A stretch of DNA of 60,720 nt from NCBI GenBank assembly GCA_022566515.1, contig JADFIT010000004.1, forward strand, positions 1 to 60,720. Reading direction: 5' to 3'. Of the stretch, positions 46,342 to 57,277 are shown piece by piece. The notes beneath the pieces are model-generated. The model was not told the origin of the DNA. It ran no database searches and saw only the letters and a list, made by a program, of their open reading frames with translations. Origin of the DNA: Gemmatimonadota bacterium. Its GTDB lineage: Bacteria; Gemmatimonadota; Gemmatimonadetes; Gemmatimonadales; GWC2-71-9. The position numbers and the translations under genes were made by a program. Position 1 is the stretch's first letter; each line of letters starts with the position of its first letter.

Positions 46342-48603
46342 ATGGCCAAAACAAAGGGCTCGCTGGTGGTGGTGGAATCGCCGGCAAAGGCAAGAACGAT
46401 CGGGAAATATCTCGGGAAGGGTTACACGGTGAAGGCCACCGTGGGTCACCTGAGGGATTTGCCCCAGCGCGAGCTCGGTGTCGACATCGAGAACGGCTTT
46501 GCGCCCAAGTACGTCACCATTCGGGGCAAGGGTAAGATGCTGGCCGAGCTGAAGAAAGTGGCCAAGCGCTCGACCAATATCTACCTGGCGACCGACCCCG
46601 ACAGGGAGGGTGAGGCGATTGCCTGGCACGTCGCCGACCAGCTAGGGGCTGGATCGAAGATTCATCGGGTGCTGTTCCACGAGATCACGAAGGAAGCGGT
46701 GGCGCAGGCGATGAAGAACCCGATTCCGATCGACAGGCGAAAGGTCGACGCCCAGGTGGCGCGGCGGATCTTGGACAGGCTCGTCGGATACAAGGCGAGT
46801 CCGCTGTTGTGGAAATCGGTGAAGACCGGACTGTCGGCCGGCCGGGTTCAGACGGTTGCCCTGCGGATACTGGTGGAGCGGGAAGCCGAAATAGAGAAGT
46901 TCAAGCCGAAGGAGTATTGGTCGATCGAGGCGGAGCTGACGGCCAAGAAGAAGAAATTCATTGCCAAGCTCCACAAGATCGACGGTGCGAATCCAGAGCT
47001 GAAATCGGAGCAGGCGGCCAGGGTCGTCGTGGATGCCGTGAGCGACGCACCGTTCGTGGTGTCCAAGGTTCTGAGGCGCGAGCGCCGCAAGAGGCCGGCG
47101 GCGCCGTTCATCACGAGCACCATGCAGCAGGAGGCGTCCAAGCGCTTGGGGTTCTCGGCCCAACGCACGATGCGTACGGCCCAGCAGCTCTACGAGGGCA
47201 TTGAAGTGGGGGCTGAAGGGGCTGTCGGTCTCATCACGTACATGCGGACGGACTCCACCAGGGTGGCTAGCGTGGCCATCGACCACGTGCGCGAGTTCAT
47301 CGCGAACAGCTACGACGCGCCGTACCTGCCGGCAAAACCCAACACGTACAAGGCCAAAAACGTCCGTGCGCAGGATGCACACGAGGCGATCCGTCCTACC
47401 GGTGTCGAGCGCAAGCCGGACGTCATCAAAGGAGCGCTCACGAGTGATCAATACAAGCTGTACCGTCTCATCTGGCAGCGGTTCGTAGCCTCACAGATGA
47501 CTCCTCTGGTGTACGACACCACGACGATCGATTTCGAGATCGACAAGTACTTGTTCCGGGCCACCGGATCGCTGGTGAAATTCGACGGCTTTCAGGTGCT
47601 CTATCGGGAGTCGAAGGAGGTGGAGGAGGGGCAGGACCCAGAGGATATTGCCCCGGTGCCCGCTCTCGAGAAGGGCGAAAGTGTGGACCTGCTTGGCGTA
47701 ACGCCGCACCAGCATTTCACCGAACCTCCGCCGCGTTTCAGCGAGGCGAGCCTGGTCAAGGAGCTCGAGCGCCTGGGGATTGGGAGGCCGAGTACGTACA
47801 GCACCATCATCTCGACGTTGCGTAACCGCGCCTATGTCAACGTCACCGACCGCCGCTTTACTCCAACCGAGCTCGGCAAGACGGTGGCGAAGGTCATGGT
47901 GAGCCGGTTTCCGGACATATTCAACGTCCAGTTCACCTCCGGAATGGAGGAGGAACTGGACAAGATCGAGGAAGGGAAGCTTGGCTGGCAGGAGGTGCTG
48001 AGGGATTTCTACGAACCGTTCTCCAAGAATCTCGAGAACATCGACGTGGAGGCGATGATCCGAGAGGCGCACGACCTGGAGGGTTTGGAGGATGAGCGCT
48101 GCGAAAAGTGCGGCAGCAAGTTGACCGTGAAGAGCGGTCGCTTCGGCCCATTCATAGCGTGCACCAACTATCCCGACTGCAAGTACACGCGCCCCATCAA
48201 GAAGGACCGTCCGCCGGATCGCCCGACGGACGAGAAGTGCCAGGAGTGTGGGTCGCCAATGGTCATCAAGACCGGCCGTTACGGTGAGTTCCTGGCGTGC
48301 ACGACGTACCCGGATTGCCAGCACACGCGGCCCGTGCCGCTGGGAGTAAAATGTCCGCTCTGTGAGGTGGGTGACCTTACGCAGCGTCGCACGAGACGGG
48401 GAAGGGTGTTCTACGGTTGTGCGCGCTACCCGGATTGCGAGTATTCGACTTGGTACGAGCCCCTGCCGGAAACGTGTCGGAAGTGCGAGAAAGTGGGTGT
48501 CGAGAAGCGCTCAACGAAAGCGCGCGGTGAGTATCGCCGATGCATGCACTGTGAACACGAATCCGACGTGGAGGAGCCAGCAGCGGCCGGCGCAGAATCG
48601 TGA
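46342..48603 (+). CDS. topA: DNA topoisomerase I with C-terminal zinc ribbons
   Basis: VESPAKA, DPDREGE, SAGRVQ, ITYMRTD, AHEAIRP, GRPSTY, C4 repeats. Confidence 0.98.
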   Translation: MAKTKGSLVVVESPAKARTIGKYLGKGYTVKATVGHLRDLPQRELGVDIENGFAPKYVTIRGKGKMLAELKKVAKRSTNIYLATDPDREGEAIAWHVADQLGAGSKIHRVLFHEITKEAVAQAMKNPIPIDRRKVDAQVARRILDRLVGYKASPLLWKSVKTGLSAGRVQTVALRILVEREAEIEKFKPKEYWSIEAELTAKKKKFIAKLHKIDGANPELKSEQAARVVVDAVSDAPFVVSKVLRRERRKRPAAPFITSTMQQEASKRLGFSAQRTMRTAQQLYEGIEVGAEGAVGLITYMRTDSTRVASVAIDHVREFIANSYDAPYLPAKPNTYKAKNVRAQDAHEAIRPTGVERKPDVIKGALTSDQYKLYRLIWQRFVASQMTPLVYDTTTIDFEIDKYLFRATGSLVKFDGFQVLYRESKEVEEGQDPEDIAPVPALEKGESVDLLGVTPHQHFTEPPPRFSEASLVKELERLGIGRPSTYSTIISTLRNRAYVNVTDRRFTPTELGKTVAKVMVSRFPDIFNVQFTSGMEEELDKIEEGKLGWQEVLRDFYEPFSKNLENIDVEAMIREAHDLEGLEDERCEKCGSKLTVKSGRFGPFIACTNYPDCKYTRPIKKDRPPDRPTDEKCQECGSPMVIKTGRYGEFLACTTYPDCQHTRPVPLGVKCPLCEVGDLTQRRTRRGRVFYGCARYPDCEYSTWYEPLPETCRKCEKVGVEKRSTKARGEYRRCMHCEHESDVEEPAAAGAES

Positions 48604-49913
48604 AGGCCGCGGTAGTAGGTGGCGGCCTTGCCGGGTGTGAGGCGGCATGGGTGCTCGCCGAGTTGGGCGTCAAGGTCACGTTGTACGAGATGCGACCGAA
48701 GGTCAAGAGTCCTGCTCATCAGACCGATAGTCTCGCCGAATTGGTCTGCACCAACTCCTTCAAGTCAACCGATACGAGCAACGCTCATGGGCTGTTGAAG
48801 GCGGAGCTTCGCCTTCTGGGCAGCTTGCTGTTGGTGACCGCGGATGAGGTGCGGGTCCCGGCAGGGTCGGCCCTCGCGGTGGACCGGGTCTTGTTCGCCC
48901 GGTTGGTCACCGAGCGGGTCAAATCACATCGCAACATCGAAGTGGTGTGCGAGGAGGTCACGTCCCTGCCCTCTCCCGGCATCATCGCTACGGGCCCGCT
49001 CACGTCCGATCGCCTTGCCGCCGTCGTTCAGGAGCGACTCGGCGTCGCCCATCTGGCGTTCTTCGATGCGATTGCCCCGATTGTGGCGGCAGATTCCCTC
49101 GACCACGATGTGCTCTACCGCATGTCTCGCTACGGGAAGGGTGGAGGTGACGACTACCTCAACGCGCCCTTCGACCGAGAACGCTATTATGGGTTTGTGC
49201 AGGCTTTGGTGGCTGCTGAGCAGTACGAAGGACACAATTTCGACAAGGTTCCGTATTTCGAAGGCTGCCTGCCCGTCGAGGAGATGGCCCGGCGAGGACC
49301 CGACACGCTGAGGTTCGGGCCGATGAAGCCGGTTGGCCTCCCGGATCCCCACACGGGAAGGGAACCCTACGCGGTGGTGCAGCTTCGGTCAGAGGATCGG
49401 GCGGGCCAGATGTGGAACCTCGTCGGCTTTCAAACCCGATTGAGGACGGGCGCGCAGGGGAAAGTGTTCCGCATGATCCCGGGGTTGGAGAGGGCGGAAA
49501 TGCTTCGCTGGGGCAGTATCCACCGGAACACGTATCTGAACTCGCCGGCGGTGCTCTCGCCGCATCTGTCCGCGCTCGACGATCCACAGCTGCTGTTCGC
49601 CGGCCAGCTCGTTGGGGTCGAGGGATACACCGAGTCACTCGGCACCGGCATCCTGTGTGGAATCAACCTAGGGCGTATCCTTGGAGGCGATGATCCGGTG
49701 TTGCCTCCGGAGGAGACCATGCTGGGAAGCTTGCTGCGGTACGTCCATGGCGCCGATCAGAAGAGTTTTCAGCCCATGAATGCCAATTTCGGTCTGTTGC
49801 CGCCGTTGCCGCACCGGGTTCGTGATAAGAGAAAGAAGCGGGAGGCGCTGGCCTCGCGCTCTCTCGATGCGATGTCGGGATTTGTGGCGCGGTTGAGCCG
49901 CGTACCGGCGTGA
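48600..49913 (+). CDS. trmFO: Folate/FAD-dependent tRNA m5U54 methyltransferase
   Basis: GGGLAGCEAA, ELVCTNS, FEGCLP, FGPMKPVG, HRNTY, GVEGY, PMNANFG. Confidence 0.96.
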   Translation: MKAAVVGGGLAGCEAAWVLAELGVKVTLYEMRPKVKSPAHQTDSLAELVCTNSFKSTDTSNAHGLLKAELRLLGSLLLVTADEVRVPAGSALAVDRVLFARLVTERVKSHRNIEVVCEEVTSLPSPGIIATGPLTSDRLAAVVQERLGVAHLAFFDAIAPIVAADSLDHDVLYRMSRYGKGGGDDYLNAPFDRERYYGFVQALVAAEQYEGHNFDKVPYFEGCLPVEEMARRGPDTLRFGPMKPVGLPDPHTGREPYAVVQLRSEDRAGQMWNLVGFQTRLRTGAQGKVFRMIPGLERAEMLRWGSIHRNTYLNSPAVLSPHLSALDDPQLLFAGQLVGVEGYTESLGTGILCGINLGRILGGDDPVLPPEETMLGSLLRYVHGADQKSFQPMNANFGLLPPLPHRVRDKRKKREALASRSLDAMSGFVARLSRVPA

Positions 49914-50866
49914 GCGACGGGAAGTCGCACGCGAGCACGATGCGGTGCCCCGAGCGTGAGAGCTTTCTGTCGTATCTCACTCACGAGCGGAACGACTCGC
50001 CGCACACTGTCAAGGCGTATCAGCGTGACCTCGACGTATTTCAATCGTTTTGCGACGAGTATTTCGGCGGCGCTTCCGAGTGGACATGGCAGGCAGTCGA
50101 TCGGTTGACCGTACGAAGCTTCATGGGAGAGTTGGGGCGCCGCGGTCTCACGAAACGATCTGTTTCGCGTGCGGTATCGGCGCTGCGGACGTTTTACCGG
50201 TTCCTCAACGAGCGGTTTGACGTGGCCGGCAATCCCGTTGCGGGCATACGGCTGCCGAAAGCGGAGCAACGACTGCCGGCCGTGCTCGATCGCCGGCAGG
50301 TCGAGGAGGTATTCCTTCTGGCGGAGCGATGGGCGTCTGAGAACGACTTCGCCGGCGTGCGGGATCTCACCATACTGGAGTTTTTCTACAGCACCGGGAT
50401 GCGCCTTGCCGAGCTGGCCGGCATCAACCTTGCGGACGTCGACATCGTGAGCGAGCAGGTGAAGGTGCGCGGCAAGGGTCGCAAGGAACGATTGCTTCCC
50501 CTGGGAAGCTTTGCAGTCGCTGCGCTGCGGAGATACCTGCCGGTGCGCGAGGAGCGGCTGGCGGGCCGCAGGAAAGGTGGGCGCGGTGAGCCGGCGGTGT
50601 TTCTCGCGGTACGCGGTACGCGGCTGTCGCCCCGCGGCGTGCAGTACGTGGTGCGGAAATTCTTCGACGCCATCGGTGGGAATGCCGGCCTCAAGGTGCA
50701 CAGCCTACGACACAGCTTTGCCACGCATCTGCTCGACGCCGGTGCCGACCTCCGGGCGGTCCAGGAATTGCTCGGACATGCCTCGCTGAGCACGACACAG
50801 GTGTATACTCATACTAGTGTGAAGCGGTTGAAAAAAGTGTACGAGCAGGCGCATCCGAGAGCCTGA
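49910..50866 (+). CDS. xerC: Tyrosine recombinase XerC
   Basis: [44 protein letters not shown]; conserved neighbourhood. Confidence 0.92.
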   Translation: MSDGKSHASTMRCPERESFLSYLTHERNDSPHTVKAYQRDLDVFQSFCDEYFGGASEWTWQAVDRLTVRSFMGELGRRGLTKRSVSRAVSALRTFYRFLNERFDVAGNPVAGIRLPKAEQRLPAVLDRRQVEEVFLLAERWASENDFAGVRDLTILEFFYSTGMRLAELAGINLADVDIVSEQVKVRGKGRKERLLPLGSFAVAALRRYLPVREERLAGRRKGGRGEPAVFLAVRGTRLSPRGVQYVVRKFFDAIGGNAGLKVHSLRHSFATHLLDAGADLRAVQELLGHASLSTTQVYTHTSVKRLKKVYEQAHPRA

Positions 50867-50891
50867 GACCCAGAACTCGAGACCTGATAAC

Positions 50892-51434
50892 ATGATTCCT
50901 GGTCAAATCAGTCACGCCACGACGATTCTGTGCGTCCGCCGCGACGGAAAGACCTCCATGGGCGGCGACGGGCAGGTCACAGTCGGCGAGACGATCATGA
51001 AGGCCAAGGCCAACAAGATCCGGTCGGTCGCTGACGGCAAAGTCTTGGCGGGTTTTGCCGGTGCCGCCGCCGACGCCTTTACGCTCTTCGAGCGGTTCGA
51101 GGAGAAGCTGAAGCGATATCCGGAGAACCTGCCCCGGGCAGCCGTGGAGCTGGCCAAGGACTGGCGCAGCGACCGGGTATTGCGACGGCTCGAGGCCTTG
51201 CTGGCGCTGGCAGACCGGGACCATAGCTTCCTGGTAAGTGGCAGCGGAGAACTGATCGAGCCGGATGATGGAGTCTTGGCGATCGGCTCGGGGGGAAATT
51301 ATGCACTGGCCGCGGCGAGAGCACTCCTGCGGCACTCTGATTTCTCGGCTCACGAAATCGTGGACAAGAGCTTGCACGTCGCAGGCGAGATTTGCGTTTA
51401 TACGAATGACCATCTGACGATTATGGATATCTGA
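50892..51434 (+). CDS. hslV: ATP-dependent protease subunit HslV
   Basis: TTIL, GDGQVT, GFAG..ADAFTL, AIGSGG. Confidence 0.97.
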   Translation: MIPGQISHATTILCVRRDGKTSMGGDGQVTVGETIMKAKANKIRSVADGKVLAGFAGAAADAFTLFERFEEKLKRYPENLPRAAVELAKDWRSDRVLRRLEALLALADRDHSFLVSGSGELIEPDDGVLAIGSGGNYALAAARALLRHSDFSAHEIVDKSLHVAGEICVYTNDHLTIMDI

Positions 51435-51482
51435 CCGGGGCGCGGAACGCGGACTCGGTAGGTTGGTGAAGCAAGTTCATAT

Positions 51483-53033
51483 ATGACTGATTCGACAAAA
51501 CAGACTCAACCCGTGGTTTCCGCGGCCGAAAAGAGTTCGCCGGAATCGCCGCAGCCATGGCTCGAGGAGCTTACTCCGCGGCAGATCGTCGCCGAGTTGG
51601 ACCGTTACATCGTGGGCCAGGATGCGGCAAAGAAGGCCGTTGCCATCGCGGTGCGTAACCGTTGGCGTAGAGCCCAGGCGCCGGAGGAAATCCGCGACGA
51701 GATCCTCCCGAACAACATCATCTTGATCGGGCCAACGGGTGTTGGGAAAACAGAAATCGCCCGGCGGCTGGCACGTCTGTCCGGTGCTCCGTTCATCAAG
51801 GTGGAGGCGTCGAAATTCACCGAAGTCGGCTACGTCGGTCGAGATGTCGAGTCGATGGTCCGTGATCTCGTGGACAACGCCGTCAACATGGTACGCAGCG
51901 AGCGGGAGGACGAAGTGTTCCCCACCGCAGAGGACCGCGTGGAGGAGCGAATACTGGATCTGTTGTTGCCCCCCCCGCTTCCCGCGCCTTCCCCGCCCCC
52001 GGCGGCGACCGGCACTCCAACGGATCCTGTAGAGGATGGTGGCAGCTCCGACGTGAGACCTCTGTTCGTGGTTTCATCCGGTGGGGAAATCGAGGCGCAA
52101 GAGCACCCAAAGCAAAAGGAAGAGATCGCCGGCGCCGAGATGGCCAGGTACAAGCGAACGCGCGATAAGCTCAGGGTACTGCTTCGGGACGGCAAGCTGG
52201 AAGACCGGGAGATCGAAGTGGAAGTCACACAACCAGGGTTCCAGATACTCGACTTCATGCAGCAGCCGCAGGGAATGGAGGGACCCGATATCAACCTCGG
52301 CGAGATGCTGCAGGACATGTTGCCCAAGAGGACCAAGACCCGCGTGGTGCATGTCTCAGAGGCTCGACGTATTCTGCTGGACGATGAACTCAAGAAACTC
52401 GTCGAGATGGAGGATGTGGTCAACGAAGCACTCGACCGAGTAGAGAATCATGGCGTGATTTTCATCGATGAGCTCGACAAGGTGGTGGGGGAGCGCTCCC
52501 AGACGGGACCGGACATTTCGCGGGAGGGGGTGCAGCGCGATCTCCTGCCGATCGTCGAGGGTTCGACCGTCCAGACTCGACACGGCTACGTTCGTACGGA
52601 CCACATTCTCTTTATCGCCGCCGGTGCCTTCCACGTCTCAAAGATCTCAGATATGATTCCGGAGATGCAAGGACGGTTTCCCATACGCGTCGAACTGAAG
52701 ACGCTGACGCAGGCCGACTTCGTCCGTATCATGACTGAACCGGAGAATGCCCTGACCAAACAATATCAGGCGCTCTGTGCCTCGGAGGGCGCGGAGTTGG
52801 AGTTTACCGATAGCGGTATCGAAGAGATCGCGCGGATTGCAACCGAGGTCAACGATCGCCTCGAGAATATCGGGGCGCGCCGCCTCCACACCGTCATGAC
52901 TACACTGCTGGATGACGTGTTGTTCAATTTGCCTGACATTCCGAACAAGAAGATCGTGTTCGACGCACCAGAGGTTCGTGAGCGGCTCATGAAAATCGTC
53001 GAAGACCAGGACCTCAGGAACTACATCCTCTGA
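51483..53033 (+). CDS. hslU: ATP-dependent protease ATPase HslU
   Basis: [43 protein letters not shown]-terminal YIL. Confidence 0.97.
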   Translation: MTDSTKQTQPVVSAAEKSSPESPQPWLEELTPRQIVAELDRYIVGQDAAKKAVAIAVRNRWRRAQAPEEIRDEILPNNIILIGPTGVGKTEIARRLARLSGAPFIKVEASKFTEVGYVGRDVESMVRDLVDNAVNMVRSEREDEVFPTAEDRVEERILDLLLPPPLPAPSPPPAATGTPTDPVEDGGSSDVRPLFVVSSGGEIEAQEHPKQKEEIAGAEMARYKRTRDKLRVLLRDGKLEDREIEVEVTQPGFQILDFMQQPQGMEGPDINLGEMLQDMLPKRTKTRVVHVSEARRILLDDELKKLVEMEDVVNEALDRVENHGVIFIDELDKVVGERSQTGPDISREGVQRDLLPIVEGSTVQTRHGYVRTDHILFIAAGAFHVSKISDMIPEMQGRFPIRVELKTLTQADFVRIMTEPENALTKQYQALCASEGAELEFTDSGIEEIARIATEVNDRLENIGARRLHTVMTTLLDDVLFNLPDIPNKKIVFDAPEVRERLMKIVEDQDLRNYIL

Positions 53034-53039
53034 TCCTCC

Positions 53040-53068
53040 TTTACACGCCCCTCTCCCGCTGCTAGACT
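53040..53068 (+). promoter_or_regulatory. Putative sigma70 promoter for argF-gcvT
   Basis: TTTACA-N17-TAGACT with an extended TG. Confidence 0.4.
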
Positions 53069-53111
53069 CTCCCTCCGAACCTGTCATTTTGACCCTCCAC
53101 AACAGCGGGGT

Positions 53112-54011
53112 ATGCCGAAACGGGACTTTCTGGCGGTCACCGATCTCTCAAAAGCAGAAATCCTGGAGCTGTTTCGGGTTGCGCGGGAGCTGAAGTCAGA
53201 CGAGAAAGCGGCGAAGCCACTCGCTGGCAAGACGCTGGCGATGATCTTTGCCAAGAGCAGCACGCGGACCCGTATTTCCTTCGAGTCGGGGATGTACCAG
53301 CTCGGCGGGCACGCGCTGTTCCTGTCGAGCCGTGACCTCCAGCTGGGGAGAGGCGAGCCGATCAAGGATACCGCCAGGGTCATGTCGCGCTACGTCGACG
53401 GTATCATGATCCGGACCTTCGCGCACAGCGACGTGGAGGAGCTGGCGGAGCACGCCACTGTTCCGGTCATCAATGGCCTCACAGACCTGTTGCACCCGTG
53501 CCAGGTCCTCGCGGATATGTTCACGATCGAAGAGGCGCTCGGTGGTTTGGAGGATCGGGTCGTCGCGTGGGTGGGCGATGGGAACAACATGGCCAACTCT
53601 TGGCTGAACGCGGCGGCAACGGTGAAGTTTGAGTTACGGCTGGCGTGTCCCAAGGGTTACGAACCGAACCGCGAAATCCTCGAGACCGCCATGGGAAAAA
53701 CCCGTATACAGATCACGGAAGATCCGGAAGAAGCCGTCAGGGGAGCCCATGTGGTGAACACCGACGTATGGGCTTCGATGGGTCAGGAAGACGAGTCGGA
53801 GGTTCGGGCTGAAGCGTTCGAGGGCTACGTGATTGACAGGAAGTTGATGCGATTGGCCGATGAGGACGCCATTTTTCTCCACTGTCTTCCCGCCCACCGT
53901 GGTGAGGAAGTCGAAGCGGAGGTGTTTGAGGGTCCGCAATCGCGGGTCTTCGATCAGGCCGAGAACCGACTCCATGTTCAGAAGGCGTTGCTGGTAAAAC
54001 TCTTGGGGTGA
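53112..54011 (+). CDS. argF: Ornithine carbamoyltransferase
   Basis: STRTR, HPCQ, DVWASMG, HCLP, AENR. Confidence 0.97.
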   Translation: MPKRDFLAVTDLSKAEILELFRVARELKSDEKAAKPLAGKTLAMIFAKSSTRTRISFESGMYQLGGHALFLSSRDLQLGRGEPIKDTARVMSRYVDGIMIRTFAHSDVEELAEHATVPVINGLTDLLHPCQVLADMFTIEEALGGLEDRVVAWVGDGNNMANSWLNAAATVKFELRLACPKGYEPNREILETAMGKTRIQITEDPEEAVRGAHVVNTDVWASMGQEDESEVRAEAFEGYVIDRKLMRLADEDAIFLHCLPAHRGEEVEAEVFEGPQSRVFDQAENRLHVQKALLVKLLG

Positions 54012-54024
54012 AAGGGAGCGACCA

Positions 54025-55128
54025 ATGAGTGGGAAACGAACACCGTTCTACAATCTTCACGTCTCGTTGAACGCGAAGATGGCAGACTTCGTCGGCTTCC
54101 AAATGCCGATTCAGTATCCCACCGGTATTACGAAGGAACACGAGATCGTGCGCACCGGTGTCGGCGTGTTCGATGTGTCGCATATGGGAGAGTTCGAGAT
54201 CACCGGTCCGGACCGTAACGCCTTCGCCAACCGGGTAACGTGCAATGACGTCGGCGCGCTGAGGGACGGACAGGCGCAGTACTCCGCCTTGCTCGCCGAA
54301 AACGGAACTTTTATTGATGACTGCCTCGTCTATCGGTTTGATGACAAGATCATGATGGTCGTGAACGCAGCCAATATCGAAAAGGATTGGAAATTGCTCG
54401 TTCTGAAAAAGGCTGGCATCAACGTTCGGCTGCGCAACATCAGCGATGACGTTGCGTTGCTTGCCGTCCAAGGTCCCAAGAGCGAAGAGCTGGTTCAATC
54501 CCTGACCAAGATGAACCTGTCGCGCATCAAGTACTACCACTTTGAAACAGGCAAGGTTGGTGGCGTGGACTGCTTCATCTCCCGCACCGGTTACACGGGT
54601 GAAGACGGCTTCGAGCTGTACTTTCGACCCGCAGATGCCGAGGTGATGGGAAATACGCTGATCGGCCACGGCCGGGGGGAGCCGGTAGGGCTTGGCGCCA
54701 GAGATTCCCTGCGACTGGAAGCCGGCTATCCGCTCTACGGGAACGACATCGACGATACGGTCAACCCCTATGAGGCCGGCCTCGGGTGGATCGTGAAGCT
54801 GGATAAAGGCGCTCCGTTTACGGGCCGCACCGCCCTCGAAGCGGTGAAACGCGGAGACGTGAAGCGCAAGCTCGTCGGATTCAAGGTGCCCGAGAAAGGC
54901 TCCATCCCTCGCCATGGCTACGACGTGTACCTCAAGGGTACCAAGGTAGATACAGTCCGTAGCGGTGGCTTCGGACCCTCGGTGGGTGGAGCCATCGGTA
55001 CGACCTACTTACCGACCCATTCCGTCGATCCCGGAACCGAGATCGAAATCGATTGCCGCGGCACCAAGGTCAAAGCCGAGGTGGTGAAGATGCCGTTCTA
55101 CAAGGGCGGGAGTGTCAAGAAAAGCTAA
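54025..55128 (+). CDS. gcvT: Glycine cleavage aminomethyltransferase
   Basis: FDVSHMG, SRTGYTGEDGFE, ARDSLRLEAG.PLYG. Confidence 0.97.
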   Translation: MSGKRTPFYNLHVSLNAKMADFVGFQMPIQYPTGITKEHEIVRTGVGVFDVSHMGEFEITGPDRNAFANRVTCNDVGALRDGQAQYSALLAENGTFIDDCLVYRFDDKIMMVVNAANIEKDWKLLVLKKAGINVRLRNISDDVALLAVQGPKSEELVQSLTKMNLSRIKYYHFETGKVGGVDCFISRTGYTGEDGFELYFRPADAEVMGNTLIGHGRGEPVGLGARDSLRLEAGYPLYGNDIDDTVNPYEAGLGWIVKLDKGAPFTGRTALEAVKRGDVKRKLVGFKVPEKGSIPRHGYDVYLKGTKVDTVRSGGFGPSVGGAIGTTYLPTHSVDPGTEIEIDCRGTKVKAEVVKMPFYKGGSVKKS

Positions 55129-55152
55129 CTCGGCGCGAAGAGCGGGGAAGTA

Positions 55153-55638
55153 ATGGCGGTGCGACTTGCCGTACTCACCATCTCCGACCTCGGCGCGGCT
55201 GGGGAACGGGCAGATACGTCGGGAGATTCGATCGTTGCGTGGGCCGGCGAGAACGGTTTTGAGGTGGCCGCAAGGGAACTGGTTCCCGACGAAAGCGACC
55301 GCATCGCCGGACATCTGTGCCGCTGGGCGGACGATGGAACCGCCGATCTCATAATCACAACCGGCGGCACCGGGTTCGGCCCGAGAGATGTCACGCCCGA
55401 GGCCACTCGGGCCGTGATAGATAGAGACGCGCCCGGAATTTCCGAAGCCATCCGGGCCGCCGGCTACGCCAAAAACCCGCGCGCCGCCTTGTCGCGCGGC
55501 GTCGCCGGTACGAGAGGCGCCGCGCTCATCGTCAACTTGCCGGGCAGCCCGGCCGGAGTGAGAGACGGTCTCGCGGTTCTCGGCCCCCTCGTCGAGCACG
55601 CCGTGAAACTGCTCACCAGCCAGCCAACGGATCACTGA
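55153..55638 (+). CDS. MogA/MoaB family molybdenum cofactor biosynthesis protein
   Basis: LTISD, DTSG, TTGGTG..PRDVTPEAT, LSR, NLPGSP. Confidence 0.92.
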   Translation: MAVRLAVLTISDLGAAGERADTSGDSIVAWAGENGFEVAARELVPDESDRIAGHLCRWADDGTADLIITTGGTGFGPRDVTPEATRAVIDRDAPGISEAIRAAGYAKNPRAALSRGVAGTRGAALIVNLPGSPAGVRDGLAVLGPLVEHAVKLLTSQPTDH

Positions 55639-57179
55639 TGGCCGATACGATTCTCCTCACGATGGACGATCTCGAAACAGCGGTGCGTGTCAACGCCACC
55701 TTCGAGGCGGACGGCGAGAAGACCGTGCTGGTCTCGGCCATGGACGACATACCCGCCGCCGTGAAGGGCGCAAATCCCGACATCATCATCCTGACGGGCG
55801 CGCTGCACGAACGGCCGGCGCGGGCGTTGATCCAGTTGGCAAGAGTCCGCTCTACATCCACACTAGGCCTGCTCGAGGAGACGGAGCCCGATGCTCGGAA
55901 GATAGCGTTGGAACTGGGCCTCACCGGTTGGCTCGTCAAACCGGTGGACGGGCAACACGTCATGGCAACCGCCCGACGCCTGATGGAGCGGCGGCGCCTT
56001 CAGGAACGCACCGGCATCTTGGGAGAGAGTCCCGCCGTGCAGGAAATGCTCGTCAAGATCGAGCAAATGGCACCCGTGTCATCCACCGTGCTCATCGAGG
56101 GAGAATCGGGTACGGGCAAGGAACTCGCCGCGCACGCACTCCATGAACTCTCCAATAGAAGGGATCAGCCCTTCATCGCCGTGAACTGCTCCGCGTTGCC
56201 GGAGACCTTGCTCGAGTCCGAGCTTTTCGGACATGAAAAAGGTGCGTTCACGGGTGCGGCAGAACGCCGGCTCGGACGTTTCGAGCTCGCCCATAGGGGT
56301 ACGCTCTTCCTCGATGAAGTGGGCGACATGTCTCCCGCGACGCAAGTGAAACTGCTGCGCGTGTTGGAGAACCATTCCTTCTTCCGTGTAGGGGGGTCTG
56401 AGGCGATCCACGCCGATGTCCGCGTCGTGGTAGCGACGAACCGCAGGCTCAAAGAAGTGGTTGCGATGGGTGAGTTTCGCGAAGACCTGTTCTTCCGCAT
56501 CAACGTGCTGTCGATCTATCTGCCGCCGCTACGGGAGCGTCGCGGCGACATCCCCCTTCTGGTGCGTCACTTCGTCAAAGAGTTCAGCGAAGAACATAAT
56601 AGGCCCTTCCGTGGCATCACTCCCGAGGCAATGCAGTTGCTCGTCAGCGCGCACTGGCCCGGTAACGTGCGTCAGTTGCGCAATCTGATCGAGTCGATGG
56701 TCGTGCTTGCCCCCGGACAAGAGATTCGGGCCACGGACATCCCGTCGGACATACGCGAAGAGGGCACGAGATTGCTACCGATGCGCATGCCTGGTGGGGC
56801 ACCGAAGACGGCGGGTAGGGAATTGGAGTTCATCTTTCGCAGCCTCATGGACCTGAAGTTGAAGATGGAGGAACTCAGTCGCCGAATGGACCAGCATGCG
56901 TCACGTGGTGTCGAGGCGATCGAGGTGGGAGGTGGCAGCCCGTTTCGGTCGGCAGAGCCCGTCGCCGCCATCGACCTCTCAGGCTTTCCCCAAGCCGACG
57001 AGACAGACTTGGCCGAACCGGTGCTGTATCAACCCGGAATGACGATGGCAGATGCGGAAAAGGCCACCATTGAGGGGGCCCTGCGTGAGAACGCCGGAAA
57101 CCGCCGCAAAGCCGCCGAAACGCTGGGGATAGGCGAACGGACCCTTTACAGGAAAATCAAGGAGTACGGGTTGGCGTGA
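55638..57179 (+). CDS. Sigma54-dependent activator with degenerate (pseudo) receiver domain
   Basis: GESGTGKE, GAFTGA, LDEVG, WPGNVR, Fis HTH. Receiver keeps DD and KP but has Thr at the phospho-Asp position (PDIIILT). Confidence 0.9.
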   Translation: MADTILLTMDDLETAVRVNATFEADGEKTVLVSAMDDIPAAVKGANPDIIILTGALHERPARALIQLARVRSTSTLGLLEETEPDARKIALELGLTGWLVKPVDGQHVMATARRLMERRRLQERTGILGESPAVQEMLVKIEQMAPVSSTVLIEGESGTGKELAAHALHELSNRRDQPFIAVNCSALPETLLESELFGHEKGAFTGAAERRLGRFELAHRGTLFLDEVGDMSPATQVKLLRVLENHSFFRVGGSEAIHADVRVVVATNRRLKEVVAMGEFREDLFFRINVLSIYLPPLRERRGDIPLLVRHFVKEFSEEHNRPFRGITPEAMQLLVSAHWPGNVRQLRNLIESMVVLAPGQEIRATDIPSDIREEGTRLLPMRMPGGAPKTAGRELEFIFRSLMDLKLKMEELSRRMDQHASRGVEAIEVGGGSPFRSAEPVAAIDLSGFPQADETDLAEPVLYQPGMTMADAEKATIEGALRENAGNRRKAAETLGIGERTLYRKIKEYGLA

Positions 57180-57195
57180 GAGGCGAAGAAACCCA

Positions 57196-57224
57196 TTGAC
57201 ACTCGGGGTGGGCCACACCATGAT
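57196..57224 (+). promoter_or_regulatory. Putative sigma70 promoter upstream of the diguanylate cyclase
   Basis: TTGACA-N17-CATGAT. Confidence 0.5.
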
Positions 57225-57240
57225 TGGCGCAGCCCTTGCA
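57225..57240 (+). promoter_or_regulatory. Sigma54 promoter upstream of the diguanylate cyclase
   Basis: TGGCGCA-GCCC-TTGCA with exact GG-N10-GC spacing. Confidence 0.65.
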
Positions 57241-57277
57241 GCAATGGTGATCGCCGCTACAGCAGCGGAATAAACGC

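Noticed and set aside
49910-50866. Tyrosine recombinase as a mobile-element integrase
   Set aside because: XerC-like sequence in the conserved trmFO-xerC-hslVU context; no att sites or cargo.
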